Shown here in pieces: positions 46,280-56,567 of a stretch of 64,000 bases of DNA; the stretch's first letter is position 1; every line of letters begins with the position of its first letter. Where the stretch lies: the NCBI GenBank assembly GCA_034505795.1, contig JAPDQM010000001.1, forward strand, positions 6,094 to 70,093. The letters run 5' to 3'. Both the position numbers and the translations under genes were made by a program. The DNA comes from Candidatus Zhuqueibacterota bacterium (GTDB taxonomy: Bacteria > Zhuqueibacterota > Zhuqueibacteria > Thermofontimicrobiales > Thermofontimicrobiaceae). Below the pieces are notes generated by a model, which saw only the letters and a list, made by a program, of their open reading frames with translations, had not been told where the DNA came from and searched no databases.

Positions 46280-48094
46280 ATGCCGGTAATGCATAAGATG
46301 AGAGAGAACACGCATATTATTTTGTTCTTTCTGTTGGTCATGTTTCTGTTGAGTATGACGATCGGTGGTCTGGTTGGTGGAGCCGATATTACGCATCTTT
46401 TCGGCCGACGACCAGATACGATCCTGTCGGTCAATGGCGAAAATATCTCCGCGCAATATTACGATCAATTCCATAAACGCCAATATGATCTGTATCGACA
46501 GCAGAACCAGAAAGATCCCCAGGGATATGAACAACAGCAATTGGAAGATGAAATCTGGGAGTCGTTGATTCGGGATGTGTTATTGCGTCAGGCCGCTGAA
46601 AAGATGAATATTAAAGTGACCAAAGAGGAGATCAAGTATTATTTTGAGAATCCACCCGCGTTTCTGCGTCAGGATCCGAATTTTCTGGATGAGCAGGGCA
46701 ATTTTGATATGAAAAAATATCAAGCGGCATTGAATGATGAGCGCAATGTGCAATATTGGGATAACATCCAGGCATATCTTGAAGCGACGTTGCCCTTCAA
46801 CAAAATTTACCAACAGGTGCAGTCGTCCGTATTTGTAACCGATGAGGAAGTGCGGCAGGAATACCTCAAGCAAAATCAAAAAGTGCGGGTCAAGTATGTG
46901 ACGTTCGATCTGGTGAGTTTCAAGGTTGAAGATTCGGCGATCAGCGCCAAAGACATCGAAAAATATTACAACGAGCATCAGGAAAGCTATAAGGAAGAGG
47001 AGAAGCGAAAGATCCAATATGTGATGTTCAATCTGGTGCCTTCGGCTGCAGATTCTGAAGAGGTCGTGGCCACCGCTGAGTCATTGATCGACAGCTTGCG
47101 AGAAGGGAGCGACTTTGCCACTTTAGCCAAAACCTATTCTGAGGATCCTGGATCGGCGCAAAATGGTGGTGATCTCAACTATTTCGAGCGCGGTATGATG
47201 ACGAAGCCGTTCGAGGAAGCCGCTTTTGCCGCTAAGGTCGGTGATGTGGTAGGCCCGGTCGTCACGCAATTTGGGGTTCACGTGATAAAGGTCGAGGATA
47301 GGAAAACTGAGGATGGCAAAGAAAAAGTTAAAGCTCGACACATCCTGCTGAAGTTTAAGCCATCCAATAACACGATCGAAGCTGCGCGGGACAATGCCAA
47401 TTATTTTCTGGAAAATGCCAATGAGGTCGGATTCGATGCCGCGGTCGTCGCAGAGAAATTGAAGGTGGACACCACCGATTATTTTGCCAATACCGGTTTT
47501 ATTCCCCGGCTGGGCGTGCAGCGACAGATGGTTGATGCTATCTTCCACGCCAAAGTTGGTAAAATGAGCCGGGTGCATTATATCGAAGATCGAGGCTATA
47601 TCATCTATCAACTGCTGGCAATTCAGAAAGCACGGGTGAAGCCGCTCAAGGACGTGGAGGCGGCTATCCGTAGTACTCTGAAACGCGAAAAACAAAAAGC
47701 ATTGGCTGAACAAGCGGCGCAGCAATTTCGACAGAAAATTCAGAATCCCGATGACTTTGAACTCATCGCACAACAAAGCTCGCTCAACATTGTGGAGACA
47801 GAGCCATTTACGCTCACCGGTTTTGTGCGCAACTTTGGTCGAGAACCGAAATTTAACGGTGCGGCCTTTCGATTGAATGTGGGCGAAGTTTCGCCGGTGA
47901 TCTCTGGTGTGCGAGGCGCTTTCGTTTTGAAGGTGATCGAAAAAACGCCCTTTGATGAAACTGATTTTCTAACGAAAAAGGAAAATCTCACCAGAGAATT
48001 GTATGAGAAAAAGCAACAAGCGGTTTACAAAGACTGGTATGAGAATTTGAAAGAAAATGCTAAGATCAAAGATTACCGTTATATATTTTTCTAA
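46280..48094 (+). CDS. ppiD: periplasmic chaperone PpiD (SurA_N plus parvulin PPIase)
   Basis: N-terminal TM anchor, then a long SurA-N-like region, then a parvulin domain (GGDLNYFERGMM..FEEAAF...GPVVTQFGVHVIKV). Confidence 0.75.
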   Translation: MPVMHKMRENTHIILFFLLVMFLLSMTIGGLVGGADITHLFGRRPDTILSVNGENISAQYYDQFHKRQYDLYRQQNQKDPQGYEQQQLEDEIWESLIRDVLLRQAAEKMNIKVTKEEIKYYFENPPAFLRQDPNFLDEQGNFDMKKYQAALNDERNVQYWDNIQAYLEATLPFNKIYQQVQSSVFVTDEEVRQEYLKQNQKVRVKYVTFDLVSFKVEDSAISAKDIEKYYNEHQESYKEEEKRKIQYVMFNLVPSAADSEEVVATAESLIDSLREGSDFATLAKTYSEDPGSAQNGGDLNYFERGMMTKPFEEAAFAAKVGDVVGPVVTQFGVHVIKVEDRKTEDGKEKVKARHILLKFKPSNNTIEAARDNANYFLENANEVGFDAAVVAEKLKVDTTDYFANTGFIPRLGVQRQMVDAIFHAKVGKMSRVHYIEDRGYIIYQLLAIQKARVKPLKDVEAAIRSTLKREKQKALAEQAAQQFRQKIQNPDDFELIAQQSSLNIVETEPFTLTGFVRNFGREPKFNGAAFRLNVGEVSPVISGVRGAFVLKVIEKTPFDETDFLTKKENLTRELYEKKQQAVYKDWYENLKENAKIKDYRYIFF

Positions 48095-48242
48095 CTGACA
48101 GGTGATTATTGATGAGAACGGGGACTGGTTGGTTGATGGTATGAGCGAGGCTGCCATCGGCTGGCTTAGTCCCCAATTCGTTGATGCGCTTTTTTCTCAG
48201 TACATGCATGAGAATTATACTTGACCAGGTTAGCAAGCGCAG

Positions 48243-48998
48243 ATGCAGTCAAGAGGGAGAGAGAACGTGATGAATGTACCAATAAAGCCGATTTATCTTT
48301 TTGCGGATAGTCAGCTACTGTTCTGGAAATCTGATGGGCATTTATTTCTGGAAACATTAAAAGATCACCTTGCCGCTGCTGATCCCAAAGCGGCTTACAT
48401 TGGGGCTGCCAATGGCGATAATCCAGAATTTTTTGAAATTTTCAAATCAGCCATGGAGGGCATTGGCATTACCAATTGTCGCATGATTCAGTCTCAATTT
48501 TCAGCCGCGGACCATGATTATCTGGCAGAAGCAGATCTTATCCTGCTGGCTGGTGGAGAGTTGAAAAGAGGCTGGGATATTCTGGTCAAAACCGGCATGA
48601 GGGATTTGGTCATTAAGAAATACTACGCCGGTGCTACACTTATTGGAATATCAGCCGGAGCTGTTCAATTGTGTCTCGGCGGCTGGGCCGATGGCGATAT
48701 GTTCGTGGATAATTTTATCTATACGTTTAAATTGACTCCATTGCTGCTTGGCACTCATGAGGAGAAAGAGGATTGGAGGCGCTTGCGAAAATCAGTCCGG
48801 GTCATGGGCAACCGCATCAAAGCCATCGGCGTTTCTGCCGGAGGTGGGTTAATTTACTACCCGGACCATACGCTGGAACCGATTCGGTTTCCGGTTCATG
48901 AATTTGTGGTCAAAAATAATAAGCTGGTTTATTGCCTGGTATATCCGCCCACCGGGAATGAGAGAGAATGTACTGAAGAACTCATGATGCTTCATTAA
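48243..48998 (+). CDS. S51 family peptidase (PepE-like / class I glutamine-amidotransferase-like fold)
   Basis: LILLAGGE and IGISAGAV motifs. Alternative start at 48270. Confidence 0.6.
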   Translation: MQSRGRENVMNVPIKPIYLFADSQLLFWKSDGHLFLETLKDHLAAADPKAAYIGAANGDNPEFFEIFKSAMEGIGITNCRMIQSQFSAADHDYLAEADLILLAGGELKRGWDILVKTGMRDLVIKKYYAGATLIGISAGAVQLCLGGWADGDMFVDNFIYTFKLTPLLLGTHEEKEDWRRLRKSVRVMGNRIKAIGVSAGGGLIYYPDHTLEPIRFPVHEFVVKNNKLVYCLVYPPTGNERECTEELMMLH

Positions 48999-49025
48999 CG
49001 ATTTCTACCTTAAGGTGATAAGCGA

Positions 49026-49739
49026 ATGACCGAGTTGCTGTTTCAGACAGATAGCTATATTAAAAATTTTCCAGCGACAGTGGTCGCAATTAATACTGAA
49101 GAAAATGCGATTGGTCTGGATCGCACCGCTTTTTATCCCGGCGGAGGCGGCCAGCCGTGTGATATTGGTCACATCCAGGTAGACGACCTCCTGCTGCCGG
49201 TTACCAAAGTCAAATCTATTGACGGTGTGGTCTGGCATTGGATCGATGGTAAACTACCGGCAATGGGTGCTCAAGTGACGGGTCATCTCAATTGGGATTA
49301 TCGGTATCAATTGATGCGCACGCATACGGCGCTGCATATCCTTTGCGGAGTGGTCTGGCGAGATTATGGCGCCCAGGTGACCGGCGGCAATATGGAACCG
49401 CTTCAGGGACGAATGGATTTTGAGTTTGAATCGTTGCAAAAAGAATTGGTGCATGAGATCGAGGAAAAGGTCAACCTGGAAGTGAAACAGGGTCGGGAAG
49501 TTCGGGTGAAAATTTTGCCGAGGGCAGAGGCGTTCAAAATCCCGGACCTGATTCGTACCAAAATCAATCTGTTGCCTGAGCAAATCCAGCAGGTACGAAC
49601 GGTAGAAATCGTCGGATTGGATTTACAAGCCGATGGCGGTACTCATGTGGCCAACACCCGCGAGGTAGGTTATATTCGGGTGGTGGATTACAAAAGCAAA
49701 GGCCAGATCAATAAACGAATTTACATTCAGTTGGAATAA
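49026..49739 (+). CDS. AlaX-type alanyl-tRNA editing protein
   Basis: HxxxH zinc motif (HTALHIL) and the CxxxH-type editing-domain layout, 237 aa. Confidence 0.75.
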   Translation: MTELLFQTDSYIKNFPATVVAINTEENAIGLDRTAFYPGGGGQPCDIGHIQVDDLLLPVTKVKSIDGVVWHWIDGKLPAMGAQVTGHLNWDYRYQLMRTHTALHILCGVVWRDYGAQVTGGNMEPLQGRMDFEFESLQKELVHEIEEKVNLEVKQGREVRVKILPRAEAFKIPDLIRTKINLLPEQIQQVRTVEIVGLDLQADGGTHVANTREVGYIRVVDYKSKGQINKRIYIQLE

Positions 49740-49750
49740 TTGTCAACCCA

Positions 49751-50542
49751 TTGAAAATTGCCATGCCATTCCCCCTCTATCAGATCGATGCATTCACCAG
49801 TCAAGTCTTTGCTGGAAATCCCGCCGCAGTCGTTCTGTTGCCCTACTGGCTCGATGATCGCACGTTGCAGTCGATTGCTATGGAAAACAATCTCTCAGAA
49901 ACCGCTTTTTTGTTCCGGCAGGCGGATCATTATGAGCTGCGCTGGTTTACACCCGTTGCAGAAGTGGATCTTTGCGGTCATGCCACCCTTGCCTCGGCTT
50001 ACGTTGTTTTTCAGTTTCTGGAACCAGCAAGCCGTTCCGTCACTTTTAAAACCAGGAGTGGTTTGCTGGCAGTGCAACGAGAAGATGATTTATTAGCGAT
50101 GGATTTTCCGGCGCGGCGGGCATTGCCAGCGCCGCCCGTAGACTACTTGCTGAAAGGGTTGGGGGTTACTCCCGACGAAGTTTTGGTGGCAAGAGATCAT
50201 CTGGTCGTCTATCCATCGGAAGCGATAGTGCGTGCGCTTAAACCGGATATGGCGCTGCTGGCGCAGTTGGATTCCCTGGGCGTAATTGCTACTGCACCGG
50301 GCGAGGAAGCTGATTTTGTTTCTCGATTTTTCGCCCCTAAGGTAGGAGTGCCTGAAGACCCGGTCACCGGCTCAGCACATTGTACCCTGATTCCTTATTG
50401 GTCTGAGCGACTGGGTCGAAAAAAACTGCAGGCACAGCAGGTTTCAGCGCGTGGTGGCGAACTGTTCTGTGAGGATCAGGGGACGCGGGTCAAGATCGCC
50501 GGACGGGCGGCGCTCTATCTGAAGGGCGAGATTTTTATTTAG
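49751..50542 (+). CDS. PhzF family isomerase
   Basis: PLYQIDAFT N-terminus and ETAF..., EVDLCGHATLA motifs of PhzF/YddE. Confidence 0.8.
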   Translation: MKIAMPFPLYQIDAFTSQVFAGNPAAVVLLPYWLDDRTLQSIAMENNLSETAFLFRQADHYELRWFTPVAEVDLCGHATLASAYVVFQFLEPASRSVTFKTRSGLLAVQREDDLLAMDFPARRALPAPPVDYLLKGLGVTPDEVLVARDHLVVYPSEAIVRALKPDMALLAQLDSLGVIATAPGEEADFVSRFFAPKVGVPEDPVTGSAHCTLIPYWSERLGRKKLQAQQVSARGGELFCEDQGTRVKIAGRAALYLKGEIFI

Positions 50543-50622
50543 CTGGAATTGTTGCTGGTAACTTTTCGACTCGACTGACCTGCTGCATTGTGACAGGGCA
50601 AAAATACGCTTTTGGAGCTAAC

Positions 50623-52191
50623 CTAATTTTGATAAAATGTCATGGTCAGCATCAGGCCAAAAGTGTCATGTTTGCCTTGCTGCGATGCATTCGGGCGTTG
50701 ATTGCCGAAATATGCGTATCCCTCGACTTCTGCTGCATGAAAGGTGTAGGCCAGACCGCCATGGAACTGGTGAGAGCGATGGCCCGATAAAACTTCGCTA
50801 AATTGAAGCAGCGTTCTGTCAATTCGTTGATAGGCTGTCAGGTAGCCCATTCTTAGCTTAACGGATTCAAGCACTTTTAATTCTGCCCCCATTCTCAGCT
50901 CATTTCGCTCTATCTGCCCTCTGGCAATTATCGGGTCGCGGCCGTAATCTTTTTTGCTTTTATCCGCCTGACTGTGATAATACTCGATTCCCAAAATCAG
51001 CGGCCTCTTTTCTGGCTCATACGCCAGGCCGACACCGATCCGGTTCTCTCGCAGCCAATCATCTCCCCAAATGACCGTATTGGCTGGATTGCTGGCGCAA
51101 TCGGCTATTTCGTTGTAATCGACGGACAAAGCACATCGAATCGGCAACGCAGGGAATTGAAAACGGTTTTTCCAATGAAGTTCCAATCCGAACAATTTCC
51201 AGAGCCCATTTTTTTGGGGTTGCGTGAGACTTTCGGCAACATCGAGTCTTTGTCTTTGGTAATTAAAGGCAAATCCGCTTTCCCAAAAATCGAGTGGCTG
51301 AAAATAGCCCTGCAGGCCGAAGCCGCTGACCTGGGTGGTCAGGAATTGCTCCAAACTGCCAACATGATCGACTGAAAGATTTTCATTGCGAAATTGCTTG
51401 ATATAGATCGTTCGTGTCTCGTTGGCGCTGGGGGGCAGGCACTCGATGAATTCCTGCGTATGAGTGTAATTGAGCGTGGCACCCACTACCAGTCGATTGG
51501 ACCAGCGATAGGCGATGCCGGCACCGCTGCCTGCCGAACGGTAAATGGTACGTGGTTGGGGAAACTGATCCTTCAAACCGGTCTCGATGCTGTAATTCAA
51601 TAACGCGCCCAAAAATAATTTTTTTTGAATGGCCTGCCGACTGTATTGTGCGCTCACCGCTGGTCCCCAGTAATGGATATCGGCAATAGAACTATCTACC
51701 AGTCGGAATGGGTGCTCCTCATAAGGATTGCGATTGATCGCGCCGGTCACCTGCTCCAATGTGTAATCGTGGTAGTTGGCCGCGCCACGAAACGCCTGTT
51801 GCGGGTCCATTATCTTTACACCCTCAAAGGTGGCCAAAATATCGTGCCGTCTTTGGGGGTCATAGAATCGTTTGAAATCTCCTCGACTATCGGTAATGAT
51901 AAAGCCTGGACGCAGCCATGTTTGCTGTTGGTCAATGATCAACCAGGCCGGGTTCCGGCCGAAGTCATAGAGATTGATCTGGTTATCATCGTCATTCAGC
52001 ACCAGCCAGAGCTGGCCCATGGCCGCGACGCGCAGGTCTGATGCCTGAGTGGGCGAGAATAGGTACAGGTTGATCATAAAACATGTGGTGAGAATAATTG
52101 CTCGCAATAGCGTCATCAGTAAGTTCCAAAATTGAACATGAATTCCGTATTCGCGACCACGCTGCCGAGTGCCTTCGCCTGAACTTTTCAA
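50623..52191 (-). CDS. hypothetical secreted/outer-membrane protein
   Basis: Signal-peptide-like N-terminus (probable start at 52116). Tyr/Gly-rich alternating pattern. No recognisable family. Confidence 0.5.
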   Translation of the reverse strand: MKSSGEGTRQRGREYGIHVQFWNLLMTLLRAIILTTCFMINLYLFSPTQASDLRVAAMGQLWLVLNDDDNQINLYDFGRNPAWLIIDQQQTWLRPGFIITDSRGDFKRFYDPQRRHDILATFEGVKIMDPQQAFRGAANYHDYTLEQVTGAINRNPYEEHPFRLVDSSIADIHYWGPAVSAQYSRQAIQKKLFLGALLNYSIETGLKDQFPQPRTIYRSAGSGAGIAYRWSNRLVVGATLNYTHTQEFIECLPPSANETRTIYIKQFRNENLSVDHVGSLEQFLTTQVSGFGLQGYFQPLDFWESGFAFNYQRQRLDVAESLTQPQKNGLWKLFGLELHWKNRFQFPALPIRCALSVDYNEIADCASNPANTVIWGDDWLRENRIGVGLAYEPEKRPLILGIEYYHSQADKSKKDYGRDPIIARGQIERNELRMGAELKVLESVKLRMGYLTAYQRIDRTLLQFSEVLSGHRSHQFHGGLAYTFHAAEVEGYAYFGNQRPNASQQGKHDTFGLMLTMTFYQN

Positions 52192-52258
52192 AAAGACCAG
52201 TGAACATCAATTATTTTCCTGCCCCAGCGTTGTTCATAACTTCGTTCAGCAGAATTGG

Positions 52259-53428
52259 TCATCTTTTGGGTATCACTACTTCGGTTGAAAAGTGCTGCCT
52301 TTTGGGCATAGCATGAATAAGAGTAATAAAATCGAATGAGCTATTATTGCTATCATAACCAGGTCCGCCCGAAATGGGATGATGCCGTTCAATGGAGCGG
52401 CCGCTGAATCGCGAAATATCTGTTCCTGCATATCCTCGGTCGATTCTTGGGTCAATTAACTTATTATCGGGCTGCGAAATATATTTGACCCCATCGACGA
52501 CATCAGCCACTCGGAATAGTAAATAGCCGTTCGCATTGATGGAGGGTTTTTCACTGGGTTTGATGAGCAAAACAATGTCGTGCAAGGTGTCGATTTGAAA
52601 ATCATTTCTAGCGCTTGTGCTGTTAATCGGCACCAGATTCGGCACGCTTGGATTATCAAAGTCACAGTCGCTGAAGCACTCATAATCGGCTTGGGAGAGA
52701 TCGATGCTAATGGAAGCATACTCTCGATGGTCCAATGCATCCTGGGCGATGACGATAAAATCGTGGGGGGGCACTAAATATTCATTGTCCCTGCCGACAA
52801 ATTGATAGGCATAGACACATTCCACGAATTCAGTGCCAATATAATCCTTATTTGAGGCGCCTCGAGCAATCACATATCCGTTCAGGTCGATGGTTTCGGT
52901 GGTAGGGTTATATAATTCGACAAACTGATCGTCGCAGTAAGTTTGCTTATCATATTTTATTCCTGCATAATAGACTTCATTGATGACCAGATTGTCAGGC
53001 ATTTTGCAGCCAATCGTCACAGTGTGAATTAAGCCGCTCTCCGATGGGGAGATTTCTATTTCCGAATTGCCAGCCAGCAGCAAGGTTTCGTCTTCGCCAT
53101 TGTTCGCAAGCCTGATTTCTTTGGTAGCTAAAATTTGATAATGCCCGGCCAACAGATTAACAAACTCTGCTTTGCCTGTGCTATCAGTGTACTGCTCGGC
53201 CAAAATTTTATACACATTACATGTGAGTTGGACTTTCGCCTCGGCTACAGGAGACGGGTCAATGGACATTCTTGTGGTATCGAGGACCATAATTTTCACT
53301 GCGAACGTGCCGTCAATGGCAGTTGGTTTCTCCAGACTACAAACGAAACCAAAGCTTGTGAATAGCATCGTAATTAGAGAAATCAGAATTTCTTTGGCCA
53401 AGCTGTGCTTAGATTCCTGATTTTGCAT
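52259..53428 (-). CDS. lamin-tail-domain (LTD) containing secreted protein with N-terminal CarboxypepD_reg-like domain
   Basis: LVINEVYY...DQFVELYNPTTETIDLNGYVI matches the LTD signature (INE...EFIELYN...DLSGW). Confidence 0.65.
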   Translation of the reverse strand: MQNQESKHSLAKEILISLITMLFTSFGFVCSLEKPTAIDGTFAVKIMVLDTTRMSIDPSPVAEAKVQLTCNVYKILAEQYTDSTGKAEFVNLLAGHYQILATKEIRLANNGEDETLLLAGNSEIEISPSESGLIHTVTIGCKMPDNLVINEVYYAGIKYDKQTYCDDQFVELYNPTTETIDLNGYVIARGASNKDYIGTEFVECVYAYQFVGRDNEYLVPPHDFIVIAQDALDHREYASISIDLSQADYECFSDCDFDNPSVPNLVPINSTSARNDFQIDTLHDIVLLIKPSEKPSINANGYLLFRVADVVDGVKYISQPDNKLIDPRIDRGYAGTDISRFSGRSIERHHPISGGPGYDSNNSSFDFITLIHAMPKRQHFSTEVVIPKR

Positions 53429-53489
53429 GACTCAACTCATTTGAAATTTAAACCTAAACAGGTATCATTGGGCGTTATAAGTTTGATGG

Positions 53490-56204
53490 TTAAAAAGCAC
53501 GGTCCAATAACATGCTGCATTCGATGCCGTAAAAAATCTCTGGATTCCGGGCTTGGAATTGACCCGGAAAGAATGGTTTTTCCTGGATGGCGCGATCATT
53601 GAATAGGTTATTGACGTACAGGGAAACCTCAGATCCTCGAAATAGCGATTTACTCACCCGCACATTGAACAGCCATTTATTCCGGTAATTCAGTACCCGA
53701 TAGAGCGAAGACAACGGCAACAGAACGTCTTCTGGTTGGGACTGTTTTGGGGCTGCAATCGGAATGATCTGATTGGAAGCTGCAACGTAATAGGCGACGG
53801 GGTGCAAATTGCGAGGATCGTTGTTCCTGGTACGGTAATGAGGCATTTGCTGCGCCGTTAGCGAGATCCAGATGCCTAACAGCGGTGAAATATAATTGGC
53901 CTGATAGGTTAGCAGCAGTTTCTGCGTCCAGCTTGTACTTCGATGATAAAGCTGGACGATTGAATCTTTAATTGCTGGTCCCCAGACGAAGCCTCTGCCA
54001 CCGCTTTTGGCATGATGGTAAGTCGTCGAGATCATAAAGTCCATATTGAGAGCTTTTAGCCGAAGTGTTTTTAGTAGCATTTCGACGCCGTCGAACTGAG
54101 TCCACCCTTCATTAGCCCAGGTATAGGCTATCCTCAGTTTCTGGCTGGCCAGCCATTTTTCGTCAGTTGCTGGCCAATTGAAACGATAGAATTGGGGATA
54201 AAGCAATGGTCGCCCTTGAAGGACCGGTTCATGCCGTCGGTGGCAATAGAAACCGATTAGCGACAGCCCCACTGGTCCGGCCTCATGATCAATGGCCAGC
54301 TCGATTTTTTTCTCGTCCATGCCTTTGAGTTTTGGATTCGCCAGATCGAAGGTATAGGTTGTCATCAGGCTATCTCTGATCAGCAGAGAATCGGTTTGAC
54401 GTGGGATAACCAGAATGTCCTGAACGTCCACATATTCCAGATCAGGATAGATCTGGTCGATGCAAGGTGCTTTGGCTGTCTGGCCATACCCCAGTCGCAA
54501 TTGGGTGTGTCGACCGAGCAAATAAGCCAGATTGAGACGGGGATGAAGGAATAGCCCATTTTTTGATCCGAAGAATTGTAGCCGCTCCAGGTGGCCGGTC
54601 TGATATCGTTCCCATCGCAGTCCCACATTAATCGTAAATTCTTTCCACCATTTGGCAGTCATTTCGTCCATCACAAAAATGCTATGCTGCAATAAACCCG
54701 GCAACCGGTCGAACGAGCGAGGTCGATCTCCCACCGCTGCGGGAAAGCGCACATCAAAGTCGAGACCCCGGCCGTTGTTTTCATCGAAAAGGATTTCGCT
54801 ACCAATGGCCAGCCGATGAAAGGAACGACCCAGGAAAAGTCGCTGACTCCACTCCAGTTGATGGCCAAAATTGATTTCATCACCGATAATAGAGTAGCGA
54901 TAGATAATATCGCCGGACTGTTTGAGGCCAGGCATCGTTCCCTCGGTCATGAGCGTAGAGACCACGCGATTGTTGGCTGGCACGCGATACTGCTTCAAGG
55001 AATCATGTCGACGATAGTTGAGGAACAGATGGGAATTGAGCGTTTGCCAGCGATCCCTGCGCCAATCGGAACGATTGGCAAAGCTGAAACGATAACCTTT
55101 ATTGATGCTGATGAGGGCATCGGGATCAGATGGATTCAGCCGAACTTCCTCGAACAGGCGATAATAGTTGAACTGATTGGTGACGCTTAGGCGATTTCCC
55201 AAGAATTGATTTCTGGAAATAAGCTGGCCCGCAAGCCGCTGGGTGTCATCATTTTGTTTTCGAATATCCTCGACGCTATAGGCCCAGTTCAAATTATAGG
55301 TGAGGCTGGTGCGGCCCAGCGGCAGATTGCCCCCCAGGTTCAGTTCTCTGGTATCCGGGTTATGTTTTGCTTTAAGTCGATAGCTCGTTCGGTTACTGGT
55401 TTTGGTGGTTACTCGGACCACACCACCAACAAAATCGCCATAGTTGGCCGGGGCAATGCCACGAATTACCTCAACCTGAGCGATATTTTCGGCGGGAAAT
55501 TCCCGCAGGTCGATACCGCCATTGGTACCGCTGTAAACGCCAGCAAGCAAACCTCCTTGCAAATTGGCATTATTTGTAAAGGGAATATCATCCACCAGCA
55601 ATTTGGCGCCGAACGCGGTCAGGTTATTAAGCGGCCTGGGGTCGCGAATCATAGCCGTTACCGGATCCTTCAAAGCGGGCTGGTTTTTCATTTCCACCCC
55701 AGGCACCAGATCGAGAACATCGCCCAGGCTAATGGCCTGGATGTGTTCGATATCGCCAGCATTGATGATGGTTGCGGTTTCTGCTTTTTCTGGTAGCGAT
55801 TCCCTGGCAGCGTTAATCTCAATACCGCCAATGACGATAACGGCGTCGGTGGTATCGCTCTGAGGTGCAATTTCGGCGACCAGGTAGGTTATCTGGCCAC
55901 TACGGATGATCTGATTGGCAAATTTGGTGGTCTGAAAGCCCGTCTTTTTGAATTCGACGTAATAATTACCGGGAGGAATACCGGCTAAAATGAATTCTCC
56001 CCGCAAGCCGGAGCTGGTGTGGGCGCCGATGATTGGAACTCTAATGTCGACATCTTTTAGCGGCGTCTTCGTTAAGAGATCACTAACGAGTCCTCTCAGC
56101 TCTCCGGATGGTTCCTGGGCAAGAAGAAGCGGCGTTGCTATCCGCAATAGAAAAAGCACTGTGAACGTGGTGCTGCGCAGTGTATGTTTTTTGAATACCC
56201 TCAT
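53490..56204 (-). CDS. TonB-dependent receptor with N-terminal carboxypeptidase-regulatory-like domain
   Basis: Signal peptide, CarbopepD_reg-like beta-sandwich, plug domain (DLVPGVEM..., VIRGIAPANYG), a 22-strand-barrel-length C-region, and a terminal ...DRAF. Confidence 0.8.
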   Translation of the reverse strand: MRVFKKHTLRSTTFTVLFLLRIATPLLLAQEPSGELRGLVSDLLTKTPLKDVDIRVPIIGAHTSSGLRGEFILAGIPPGNYYVEFKKTGFQTTKFANQIIRSGQITYLVAEIAPQSDTTDAVIVIGGIEINAARESLPEKAETATIINAGDIEHIQAISLGDVLDLVPGVEMKNQPALKDPVTAMIRDPRPLNNLTAFGAKLLVDDIPFTNNANLQGGLLAGVYSGTNGGIDLREFPAENIAQVEVIRGIAPANYGDFVGGVVRVTTKTSNRTSYRLKAKHNPDTRELNLGGNLPLGRTSLTYNLNWAYSVEDIRKQNDDTQRLAGQLISRNQFLGNRLSVTNQFNYYRLFEEVRLNPSDPDALISINKGYRFSFANRSDWRRDRWQTLNSHLFLNYRRHDSLKQYRVPANNRVVSTLMTEGTMPGLKQSGDIIYRYSIIGDEINFGHQLEWSQRLFLGRSFHRLAIGSEILFDENNGRGLDFDVRFPAAVGDRPRSFDRLPGLLQHSIFVMDEMTAKWWKEFTINVGLRWERYQTGHLERLQFFGSKNGLFLHPRLNLAYLLGRHTQLRLGYGQTAKAPCIDQIYPDLEYVDVQDILVIPRQTDSLLIRDSLMTTYTFDLANPKLKGMDEKKIELAIDHEAGPVGLSLIGFYCHRRHEPVLQGRPLLYPQFYRFNWPATDEKWLASQKLRIAYTWANEGWTQFDGVEMLLKTLRLKALNMDFMISTTYHHAKSGGRGFVWGPAIKDSIVQLYHRSTSWTQKLLLTYQANYISPLLGIWISLTAQQMPHYRTRNNDPRNLHPVAYYVAASNQIIPIAAPKQSQPEDVLLPLSSLYRVLNYRNKWLFNVRVSKSLFRGSEVSLYVNNLFNDRAIQEKPFFPGQFQARNPEIFYGIECSMLLDRAF

Positions 56205-56567
56205 GGTTCAGCTTGTGCTCGAAGATACTACCACATGAAATTAAAATTAAGATGCCATAAGTTTCGGGATGGCGTATCAGGGCGATCCCTCAGGTTGTTT
56301 CTCAGTCTCCAATTCGGCCTAAAAAATATAATCAGAAATATCTTGGTTGTCAACATAATTCTTAAGACACAGGGAAATTTTAAGCTACTGGGAGAGACAA
56401 TTTCATCACCCAGCGAGGCCAGCCAGGGATTGCTCAACGAGAATTAATATCCTCGACAGCAAGTGGGCAAGAATCGGATGCGAGATGCTCTCCCAACAGA
56501 AAAGCGGATTGCTGGTATGCATCTGCGCGACCGATGGCAGGCTGAGGTAAATCGTTAAAACATATTT

